A DNA stretch of 64,000 bases, from sequence record OR234014.1; one strand, written 5' to 3'. Position numbers and translations under genes: made by a program. Each line of letters starts with the position of its first letter. The stretch's first letter is position 1. Origin of the DNA: Staphylococcus phage SAC. Of this stretch, positions 8,844 through 16,555 are shown piece after piece. The notes beneath the pieces were generated by a model. The model worked only from the letters and a program-made list of their open reading frames with translations, was not told the DNA's origin and did no database searches.

Positions 8844-9707
8844 ATGGAAAACCAATTAATGTTTAATTTTGAAGGAGAATCAGTAAGAACAGTAGTTAAA
8901 GACAATCAAACTTACTTTGTAGGTAACGAAGTAGCTAAGATATTAGGATATTCAAATTATCGAAACGCTATAAATAACCATGCAGAGGATGAAGATAAGC
9001 TACGTACCCAAATTAGGTACGCAGGTCAATTAAGGACTGTGACATTAATCAACGAATCAGGTTTATACAGTTTAATCTTTTCATCAAAACTAGAATCAGC
9101 TAAACGATTCAAGCGTTGGGTAACTTCAGAAGTTCTACCTGATATTAGAAAGTATGGAATGTACATGAATGATGATTTTGCTAAAGCTATTATAGATAAT
9201 CCTCAAGAAGCTAAAAAAGAAATGCTTAAGTACTTTGAGGAGTCAGAAAGATTAAATAAATTGGTGACTGATTTACAAAAAGAAAATGATAGGTTATCTT
9301 CAGTAGAGAACGAAGTTATGGAATTAGAAAATAAACTAGAGTTTTTACAAAAAAGACCTGAAAATAATGATTGGAAACAAGAAGCAAATAAAAGGGTTAG
9401 AAAATTAACACCTAAAATTAGTAGTATTATCAACCCCAACTTTGGTAAAACATGGAATGAGGTTTATAAAGAAATGCTATATTCTCAAAATCTCAATATT
9501 AAATCAAAACATACTCGAAGATTAAAGAAAATGAAAAGTAATAACGTTCCTCAAAGTACAATAGATAATACAAAAATTATTGACACTATAGGAACTGATA
9601 TTGAGTACGTTGATAAATTATTCAAAGCCCTAGATAACTTAGAAGATAAATATACTACTCCAGTATCAGAAGAATACCCATCTTGTTTCTTAAAGCTTGA
9701 GTATTAA
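8844..9707 (+). CDS. BRO-N domain protein (antirepressor-like), 287 aa
   Basis: N-terminus MENQLMFNFEGESVRTVVKDNQTYFVGNEVAKILGYSNYRNAINNH matches the Bro-N consensus (F.F....VR.V..D....F...DVA..LGY). Confidence 0.7.
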   Translation: MENQLMFNFEGESVRTVVKDNQTYFVGNEVAKILGYSNYRNAINNHAEDEDKLRTQIRYAGQLRTVTLINESGLYSLIFSSKLESAKRFKRWVTSEVLPDIRKYGMYMNDDFAKAIIDNPQEAKKEMLKYFEESERLNKLVTDLQKENDRLSSVENEVMELENKLEFLQKRPENNDWKQEANKRVRKLTPKISSIINPNFGKTWNEVYKEMLYSQNLNIKSKHTRRLKKMKSNNVPQSTIDNTKIIDTIGTDIEYVDKLFKALDNLEDKYTTPVSEEYPSCFLKLEY

Positions 9708-9804
9708 AAATTAACTAGAAACATTAAATAAAGGTGTTTACCTAATACTCAACACCTGATATAATATAAATATAAAACAAATTAAAAGAAAAGGATTGAT
9801 AATC

Positions 9805-10020
9805 ATGAAAAAAAGACAGAAAATGTTCCACAGTAATTTAGTTTGTTCAAAATGTGGTAATACTTTTACAGTACCAAGAAAAAGAGCTCAGAAAAGAGAA
9901 GAGGGACATATAAAGCATTTATACTGTATCAAATGTAAATGTACTACTGCTCACATTGAGGATAATAGAACAGAATCAGAAAAATATTGGGATAGAGTAC
10001 AAGAAGAATTATCAAGATAA
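9805..10020 (+). CDS. Zinc-ribbon small protein (71 aa)
   Basis: CSKCGNTF...CIKCKC pairs; SD AAGGA 8 nt upstream of ATG 9805 (the track start 9796 is a TTG). Confidence 0.55.
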   Translation: MKKRQKMFHSNLVCSKCGNTFTVPRKRAQKREEGHIKHLYCIKCKCTTAHIEDNRTESEKYWDRVQEELSR

Positions 10021-10036
10021 AAAAGTAAAAAATAAC

Positions 10037-10065
10037 TTGACAAACTCAAAATAGTATGTTATATT
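10037..10065 (+). promoter_or_regulatory. Promoter TTGACA-17-TATATT (no downstream ORF before the next promoter)
   Basis: Consensus hexamers; followed by a 170-nt noncoding stretch with hairpin agctcataaagagct. Confidence 0.5.
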
Positions 10066-10204
10066 ATATATAAGCTCATAAAGAGCTATAATTTCATTTT
10101 GCATAATAAACATTCTTCTCCTTATTTTTATTTGTCGAAACTAGGTCTTTTATTACGTTTTTACCCTAGTATAAAAAAACTATAAAACGTAACACATTTT
10201 TTAA

Positions 10205-10233
10205 TTGACAAATGAATGATAATATGTTATACT
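10205..10233 (+). promoter_or_regulatory. Promoter TTGACA-17-TATACT, start site about 10241
   Basis: Consensus hexamers; the transcript would begin at the left arm of the 27-bp inverted repeat. Confidence 0.55.
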
Positions 10234-10240
10234 TTAAATG

Positions 10241-10806
10241 TAGTATAATTAAACATACATACATAATGGCTGATTTAAACAGGGTGGTACCTGTAAGGCG
10301 TAAGATTGTCGAACGAATTAAAACTTATCGGTATACGTCGGTAAGGTAATTCGTCAATAGTAATGTTTATTACAATCGGAATGCTTAGCAGTAATGTATT
10401 AGGTTTATAAAGTATAGTATCCGATGGGCTTAATTTTTGTAGGGGGTTTTGGTGGTATCCTTTACAAATACACCTTAACAAGTACATGCAGTTGGAGCAT
10501 TGAAAAATGTTTGATAACATACGATACTAGTACGAGTAGCATAAACCTGCAAAATAATAATTGGTAAAAATATAAAGATGCCGTTAAAATTCTTCATACC
10601 ATGTGAAAGTTACTAATTAATATGTTAGTATCACATTACACTATTAAACGGACTCAACCCTATGGTTGTACTGCTTTAGTAGGTTACGTGAGATGGACTT
10701 AGGTTAGCTACCTAATAGAGTCAAGCGTAGTGATTAACTTAACAATAGGTCTAGTATGTTACTTACCAGTGAGACGGTTTATGTATGTATGTTTAATTAT
10801 ACTATA
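10241..10806 (+). ncRNA. Candidate large structured noncoding RNA / inverted-repeat-bounded element (~565 nt) immediately upstream of the lysis cassette
   Basis: No credible ORF; G+C visibly higher than flanks; 10241-10266 (tagtataattaaacatacatacataa) is the exact reverse complement of 10780-10806; own promoter; abuts the RBS of the first lysis-cassette ORF. Confidence 0.45.
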
Positions 10807-10823
10807 GAAGGGTAGATACTAAT

Positions 10824-11012
10824 ATGGCATCTGCAAAACAAATTTATTATACTGAAAGTTTAATCGGTAGAGCAATTATTAATGAAAAATTCACAACTAA
10901 AAAAGATATTTGGGATAAATTAGATTTACTTCCACACACTAAGTTAGAAGACTTAGATAATAAACAAATGTCAGAAGTAATCAAAACACTTTCTCAAATT
11001 AACGAACAATAA
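10824..11012 (+). CDS. Small protein (62 aa), first ORF of the lysis cassette
   Basis: SD GAAGGGTAG; ORF directly after the structured element. Confidence 0.5.
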   Translation: MASAKQIYYTESLIGRAIINEKFTTKKDIWDKLDLLPHTKLEDLDNKQMSEVIKTLSQINEQ

Positions 11013-11092
11013 CTTAAAATTTAATAACTAAAACCATTCTTTTTGTTATATTATTATTAGCTTTACAATAACAGAAAGGATGGTATTTTTTT

Positions 11093-11593
11093 ATGTCAAA
11101 AAAAGATAAAAAACCATTATTAATAGCAGGTAACAATATTACTGCAAAAGCAAAAAGTGCTACATTTTGGACAGGTTTTGTACCTGTTTTAGCTACGTTT
11201 ATTGTTAGTGTATGTAGTTTACTAGGAATCAAAGGTGCAGAAGATATTGTAAACCAAGGCACTGCAATTGCAGGTGTAGTTATTAGTTTCTTGACTGGTT
11301 TAGGTGTTCTTGTAAGTCATGACACTAAAGGTATAGCGGATAGCCCTATTGTACAGGACTTTAACAAACCTAGAGATTATAATGACCCAGATAAAGCTTT
11401 AACATACAAGAGTGAAGCAATGAATAGTACCTCAGAGTTACCTCCTACAAAGATGCCGATGGCTCCTGAAGGAGTTAATAATGAAGACATAGATACAAGT
11501 CATGCAGAACCATTAGAACATGGTAAAGTAGAAAAAGACTTAGTGTCTGAATTAGATAAAGAAGATAACCCAAAAGAAGTAGGTGAACAGTAA
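11093..11593 (+). CDS. Holin (166 aa)
   Basis: Two TM helices (FWTGFVPVLATFIVSVCSLLGI; AIAGVVISFLTGLGVLV) plus a long acidic C-terminal tail; directly upstream of two lysins; TAATG stop-start overlap with the amidase gene. Confidence 0.7.
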   Translation: MSKKDKKPLLIAGNNITAKAKSATFWTGFVPVLATFIVSVCSLLGIKGAEDIVNQGTAIAGVVISFLTGLGVLVSHDTKGIADSPIVQDFNKPRDYNDPDKALTYKSEAMNSTSELPPTKMPMAPEGVNNEDIDTSHAEPLEHGKVEKDLVSELDKEDNPKEVGEQ

Positions 11594-12510
11594 TGATAGA
11601 AATTTGGAAAGGTGTAAGTGTTAGATATGATTTACTACCTATTGGAACAAGACGCACAGGTCAAGCTATGGCGGTTAAAAAACCCGTTTTTATTGTAGCT
11701 CATGATACAGGGAATATTAATACTACAGCTCAAAATAATGTAGACTATTACAAAAATACATATAACATTGATTGGGCTTCCACTGCATCCGCACATATCT
11801 TTGTAGATGATAAAGAAGCTATTATATGTGTTCCTACTACAGAAAAAGCTTGGCATGTGTTGTATAACACTCCTATGGATGACCTATGGTACGGAATTAA
11901 CGCTAATGATGGTGCTATTGGTGTAGAAATTTGTTACTTTAGTGATAAAGAACGTTCTAAAAAATCATTAGACAATGGAGCTCGTGTCTTAGCTTATTTA
12001 GCTGAATACTGGGGTGTTGATTACAAAACAAATATGCCAGGTCACCAAGACATCCAAAACGACAAACAAGACCCAGGTAACTTATTAGAAGCATGTGGAT
12101 TAGGTAGAAACACTAGTAACTTAGATAAGGAAGTAGCTAAGTATTACAAGAAAGTTATTAAGTCAGTAGATGTAAAGAAATCAGGTAATGCTGAGCCTAG
12201 AGTAAAAACACAATCTACTAAAACTATGTGGAGCTGGAAAGGTACTTTTTATCCAGATAGAGCTATTAAAGTTAGAAAATCTCCAGGACTTAAAGGCACT
12301 ATAGTAAATAGAGATTCATGGCTATACGATAAGGATGATTGGGTTGAATTTGACCAAGTTATTAAAGTAGACGGCTATTGGTGGATTCGATTTAAATATC
12401 CAAAACCAGGCTCTAGTAAAAATTATTTCTATTGTGCTGTATGTGAGATAACAGATAAACAAGAGCGTATTAAGAAAGAAAAATATTTTGGAAAAATAGA
12501 TTGGAAATAA
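11593..12510 (+). CDS. Endolysin 1: N-acetylmuramoyl-L-alanine amidase (Amidase_2/PGRP-type) plus SH3b_5 cell-wall-binding domain, 305 aa
   Basis: AHDTGN...H...C amidase core; C-terminus ...FDQVIKVDGYWWIRFKYP is an SH3b domain almost identical to that of the next gene. Confidence 0.75.
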   Translation: MIEIWKGVSVRYDLLPIGTRRTGQAMAVKKPVFIVAHDTGNINTTAQNNVDYYKNTYNIDWASTASAHIFVDDKEAIICVPTTEKAWHVLYNTPMDDLWYGINANDGAIGVEICYFSDKERSKKSLDNGARVLAYLAEYWGVDYKTNMPGHQDIQNDKQDPGNLLEACGLGRNTSNLDKEVAKYYKKVIKSVDVKKSGNAEPRVKTQSTKTMWSWKGTFYPDRAIKVRKSPGLKGTIVNRDSWLYDKDDWVEFDQVIKVDGYWWIRFKYPKPGSSKNYFYCAVCEITDKQERIKKEKYFGKIDWK

Positions 12511-12523
12511 GGAGTGAAAACTT

Positions 12524-13282
12524 TTGAAAGCATCGATGACTAGAAGTGAATTTGTTCGATTTTTAAAAAGTCTAGAAGGCAAAGCAATAGACTTTGATGG
12601 TTGGTATGGTCAGCAATGTTACGACTTAGCTAACTATGGATTTAACAAGCTCTTCCCAGGTTATTCTTTAGGTGGAGCAAGTGCATGTAACATTCCATGG
12701 GATAATAAAGCTATGTTAAAAGATAAAGCTAGAGTAGTAGAAAATACACTATCCTACATTCCTAAACCAGGCACTATGGTTATCTTTAATAATTCATACG
12801 GGGGCGGTCATGGTCATGTCGCATGGGTACTAAGTGCAAACCAAAACCAAATTATAGTAATTGAAAATAATTGGTTAGGTGGAGGTTGGACTTGGGGAGA
12901 TGCTCAAGGAGGCGGTGGCTGGGAGAAAGCTACCGTTAGAGCCCATGGTTACGACTTTCCTATGTGGTTTATAGAACCTAATTTCAAAGACGAGGTACAA
13001 ACAACTTGGAATTGGGGAGGTAAATTTACTGCTGATAGAACGATTAAGGTAAGACGCACACCAGGTTTAAGGGGTTCAATAGTAGGTGCTGAATCATTTA
13101 TTTATAGTGGTCAATATGTAAACTTTGACCAAGTTATTAAAGTAGACGGCTATTGGTGGATTAGATTTAAATATCCTACAAACCCGTCAGCTGGGAACTT
13201 CTATATGGCAGTATGTAAAATCACTGACAAGTGGGAACGTATGCTAAAAGAGAAGTATTGGGGTCGTATTAACTGGAAATAA
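12524..13282 (+). CDS. Endolysin 2: CHAP-domain peptidase plus SH3b_5 domain, 252 aa
   Basis: DGWYGQQCYDLANY (catalytic Cys) ... GGHGHVAWV (His) is a CHAP signature; duplicated SH3b C-terminus; TTG start with SD GGAG (alternative ATG at 12536). Confidence 0.75.
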   Translation: MKASMTRSEFVRFLKSLEGKAIDFDGWYGQQCYDLANYGFNKLFPGYSLGGASACNIPWDNKAMLKDKARVVENTLSYIPKPGTMVIFNNSYGGGHGHVAWVLSANQNQIIVIENNWLGGGWTWGDAQGGGGWEKATVRAHGYDFPMWFIEPNFKDEVQTTWNWGGKFTADRTIKVRRTPGLRGSIVGAESFIYSGQYVNFDQVIKVDGYWWIRFKYPTNPSAGNFYMAVCKITDKWERMLKEKYWGRINWK

Positions 13283-13285
13283 TGT

Positions 13286-13315
13286 ACTAGGGAATTTTCC
13301 CTAGTATTTTTTTAT
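13286..13315 (+). terminator. Rho-independent terminator after the lysis cassette
   Basis: actaggga-att-ttccctagt plus T7. Confidence 0.7.
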
Positions 13316-13322
13316 TTTTAAG

Positions 13323-13352
13323 TTGACAATGTATTTATCATTATGCTACAAT
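13323..13352 (+). promoter_or_regulatory. Promoter TTGACA-18-TACAAT
   Basis: Consensus hexamers. Confidence 0.55.
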
Positions 13353-13384
13353 ACATATATAAGTTTTAAAGGTGGTTATAATAA

Positions 13385-13606
13385 ATGGAAAAATTAAAGA
13401 AATGGTTTAAACGTAATGTATTAAAAAGTGAGATTACGCAGTACAAAGTATATATTAAGCATACACGTTCAAATAAAAGTAATGTTTTCTATGTTAATAT
13501 GAAAGCTAAAGGTAAAGTAGAGGCTAAAGAAAAAACGCTTGACGTTTTAAATAAGTATGCTTATAATAAAAATAACTATAGTATTTTAAAAATTGAAGAA
13601 AGATAG
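13385..13606 (+). CDS. Basic small protein (73 aa)
   Basis: SD AAAGGTGG; K-rich. Confidence 0.5.
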   Translation: MEKLKKWFKRNVLKSEITQYKVYIKHTRSNKSNVFYVNMKAKGKVEAKEKTLDVLNKYAYNKNNYSILKIEER

Positions 13607-13619
13607 GTAGTGGTTTATT

Positions 13620-13835
13620 ATGGAAGAGACTAAAGTATTAAATTTAAAAAAAGTAAGAGAAGAAAAAGGTCATACAGTTAGAAGTTTAGCACAAGAGATT
13701 GGAGTTCACTACTCACTTATTTCTTATTGGGAGAGTGGTAAAAGAAAACCTAAGAGTGCTAATCTTATGAAATTAGAAAAAGCTTTAAATACTAATAGTG
13801 TAGAATTATTTAAAGAGGTTGATGTTGATGAATAA
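13620..13835 (+). CDS. XRE-family helix-turn-helix transcriptional regulator (71 aa)
   Basis: TVRSLAQEIGVHYSLISYWESGKRKP is a canonical HTH_XRE. Confidence 0.7.
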   Translation: MEETKVLNLKKVREEKGHTVRSLAQEIGVHYSLISYWESGKRKPKSANLMKLEKALNTNSVELFKEVDVDE

Positions 13836-14466
13836 ATTTACAAAATCTATTATTAACTTTGTTGAGCGTCATGAGATTGAGGATATGATTAATATTTTTG
13901 AACTTCAAGATGTTAATAAAGCAATAGGAGACAAAGCATTTTATACTATTATAGATAATATCTTAACCTTAGATAATATAGAAGATAGAGCTATTATTTT
14001 AACTTCTTTAGATAAGTTATTAAACACTAATAGGAGTTCTTTAGTTGATTATGATTCTAAAAACCCTAATATTAGAATTTCATATAGTACTGAAGAAAAA
14101 GGTAATACAATGCAAAAAGTAGTAGAGCATTTAAGTAATAAATTAGATAATTGTTTATATCAATCTTACCCTAATATATCTAAATATAGTATTATTAGAA
14201 GTACGGCTGAGTTATTAGGAGACCTATCGTATATCGAGGATTATTATACTGGTGATGACTTAACAAACATTATTAAAGACACACATCTAGAATATATACA
14301 CAACATCATTAATAGTAGTGAATTTGATAGTATCACATTATTAGAGCAGTTTGAACTTTTAGAAGAGTCATACAGACTTGAAGAAGTAAAAGAAAAATTA
14401 GAAGAGCTAGAACACTCAGAAAAGTACACTGAAATTGATTTAATTAAGTACCTTATTAAATTATAA
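13822..14466 (+). CDS. Hypothetical protein (~214 aa)
   Basis: SD GAGG 7 nt upstream of ATG 13822; overlaps the end of the HTH gene. Confidence 0.55.
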   Translation: MLMNKFTKSIINFVERHEIEDMINIFELQDVNKAIGDKAFYTIIDNILTLDNIEDRAIILTSLDKLLNTNRSSLVDYDSKNPNIRISYSTEEKGNTMQKVVEHLSNKLDNCLYQSYPNISKYSIIRSTAELLGDLSYIEDYYTGDDLTNIIKDTHLEYIHNIINSSEFDSITLLEQFELLEESYRLEEVKEKLEELEHSEKYTEIDLIKYLIKL

Positions 14467-14479
14467 AGGGGTTTTTTAA

Positions 14480-14668
14480 ATGTTTAAGAAATTGTTCGTT
14501 ATTTTAGTTGATGGTTTTGAAGTTAATGTTATTGCAGATGACTATATCGAAGCAGAAGAACATTGTTATAAGTTTTTTGATTTCTCTACTATAAAATTAC
14601 AAGACTACAAAGAGATTTATACAAGTGAGATGTTCCCTTGCTTTGTAGAAGGGCATAAATATGCATAA
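14480..14668 (+). CDS. Hypothetical protein (62 aa)
   Basis: SD AAAGGGG; overlaps the rnh start. Confidence 0.5.
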   Translation: MFKKLFVILVDGFEVNVIADDYIEAEEHCYKFFDFSTIKLQDYKEIYTSEMFPCFVEGHKYA

Positions 14669-15086
14669 GACTGCATTAATATATACAGATGGTAGCTCAT
14701 CTTATAATAAAGGTCTTGTTGGAGCAGGGGCTATTATTTTAGATAAAAATGAGAACATTGTAAAAGAAATCAGTAAACCTATTGAAAATAGTAGTTTAAT
14801 TAAGTATAATAATGTTGCAGGTGAAATACTAGCTTGTTGTTATGGTATTGAAGAGTCTATAAAACTAGGTTATAAGCAGGCTATTATTCATGTAGATTAT
14901 ATAGGACTTATTCAATGGTATGAAGGTTCGTAGAAAACTAAAAACAATTTAAGTAAAACATATATTAATATGCTAAGGGAATACTCAAAGTTTATAGATA
15001 TAAATTTTATAAAAGTAAAGGCTCATGATAATAACAAATGGAATGAATATGTAGATGCATTAGCAAAAAAAGCAATTGGAATATAA
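14661..15086 (+). pseudogene. rnh: Ribonuclease H (RNase HI family) interrupted by an in-frame TAG at 14931-14933; the uninterrupted length would be 141 aa
   Basis: IYTDGSS, GAGAIIL, GEILA, HVDY upstream of the stop; KVKAHDNNKWNEYVDALAKKA (the RNase H C-terminal helix with the last catalytic Asp) in the same frame downstream. Confidence 0.65.
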
Positions 15087-15097
15087 GGAGAAATATT

Positions 15098-15361
15098 ATG
15101 ATGAAAAAATTATCAAAGAAGTTTCAAAAAGGTGGATTTTGGGAAAAGTTGTTTTTATTTACAGTAACAACATTACTTGTAGTGGCTACATGGTTTTTAG
15201 TAGATAGTGTGATGTTTTTCTTGCAAACAGTGCTAACATTCTGGGGATTAGTATTATTAGCACCTATTGTAGCTCTAGGTATTATTGCTTTTAGTATTTT
15301 AAAGTACCCAAGAGTAAAGGATATTAATGATTACTCGGAACCAGTTAGAAAGTACTTATAA
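15098..15361 (+). CDS. Membrane protein, 2 TM (87 aa)
   Basis: SD AAGGAG; hydrophobic helices. Confidence 0.55.
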   Translation: MMKKLSKKFQKGGFWEKLFLFTVTTLLVVATWFLVDSVMFFLQTVLTFWGLVLLAPIVALGIIAFSILKYPRVKDINDYSEPVRKYL

Positions 15362-15374
15362 GGAGACTAAAATA

Positions 15375-15977
15375 ATGACAGAATTAAAAGTTAAGGTAGG
15401 AACAAATAAAGTTAAAACAAAAGATGTTAATAAAATTAGTGAGTACTTAAAGGATACCTACGAAAAACTAGATATGGAACAATCTATAGATTTTCAAAAT
15501 AGAACACCGTATTTAATTAGTGATGACGGTACTTTTATTGCACAGTATTTAGAAAAAGCAAATGCTGTAGGTTTTTATAAGGAGTCTATTATACAAGGAA
15601 AAGTTAAACAACTTGTTCATGTAACACCTGCAGATATAGAACATACAACTTGGACTATTGAAGAAGATGATATCGTAGATGTGTATAATGATGAACTACC
15701 TGTTGGAGACATTATCATTTATTTTAGTAGAAGTATCAGTAGTGAATTGAGTGCTTATTTATTACCTCATGTATCTTTTAGAGAATATATAGATGGTTTA
15801 GGATTACAGACCCTTAGTTGTATACCTAAAATAGTTTACACAGGTATTTCAAAAGGTAGAAGAGAAAATATTAGTTTTGATGTCTTATGTACTGTGACAG
15901 GTGATTTAGAGTTTATTAATCGTGATGGTGGTTGGAATAATGACACCTTTACTACAGCGGAGAGAAAACTACAATAA
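15375..15977 (+). CDS. Hypothetical protein (~200 aa)
   Basis: SD AGGAG 9 nt upstream of ATG 15375 (the track start 15327 is less likely). Confidence 0.55.
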   Translation: MTELKVKVGTNKVKTKDVNKISEYLKDTYEKLDMEQSIDFQNRTPYLISDDGTFIAQYLEKANAVGFYKESIIQGKVKQLVHVTPADIEHTTWTIEEDDIVDVYNDELPVGDIIIYFSRSISSELSAYLLPHVSFREYIDGLGLQTLSCIPKIVYTGISKGRRENISFDVLCTVTGDLEFINRDGGWNNDTFTTAERKLQ

Positions 15978-16016
15978 AATACTATAAATTTGGGTTAACG
16001 CAAAGGAGGGCTAATT

Positions 16017-16415
16017 TTGAACAATTACTTATTTAAAGACTATAACCATTTGTTAGATAATACAAGATTTAAAATAAAAGTAAAAGGAAAAACATATCAT
16101 GTTTATATTGCTACTTCCAATAAGTCAATAGGTGTACTAACAAGACGTAAAAGTTTTTGTGCTACGTACTTTGAGGATAAAGATTATTTTAGTAGATATA
16201 CAATTAAGGAATTTATTGATTTTATTAAAACACTTATTATTGAAGAGATGTCTTTTGATATTGAAAACACTATGACAAATAAAAAAACAGAAAAACAAAT
16301 TAAAAAAGAAATCATGAAAGATAATAAGTTAAAAGATGGAAATCTAGATGGTATAAACAGACATACCTCTAGCATGGATGTTCTTAAAAGTGACTTAAGA
16401 GTACTTGATAATTAA
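16017..16415 (+). CDS. Hypothetical basic protein (132 aa, TTG start)
   Basis: SD AGGAGGG. Confidence 0.5.
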   Translation: MNNYLFKDYNHLLDNTRFKIKVKGKTYHVYIATSNKSIGVLTRRKSFCATYFEDKDYFSRYTIKEFIDFIKTLIIEEMSFDIENTMTNKKTEKQIKKEIMKDNKLKDGNLDGINRHTSSMDVLKSDLRVLDN

Positions 16416-16555
16416 AATAAAGGAAAGGAATATTAAGAAGGAGACTTTTTATATAGTATAGGAGAGTATTTGTTTTGTCCTGCTATAGTATATAAAAGAA
16501 AAGGAAAAATGATGTATAAGCAATAACATATAAAATCACTCAAGGAGAATGAAAT

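Noticed and set aside
10275-10520. Minus-strand 81-aa ORF inside the inverted-repeat element
   Set aside because: Antisense to the flanking promoter and gene block, no RBS, Cys/Leu-rich low-complexity translation of a GC-rich structured region
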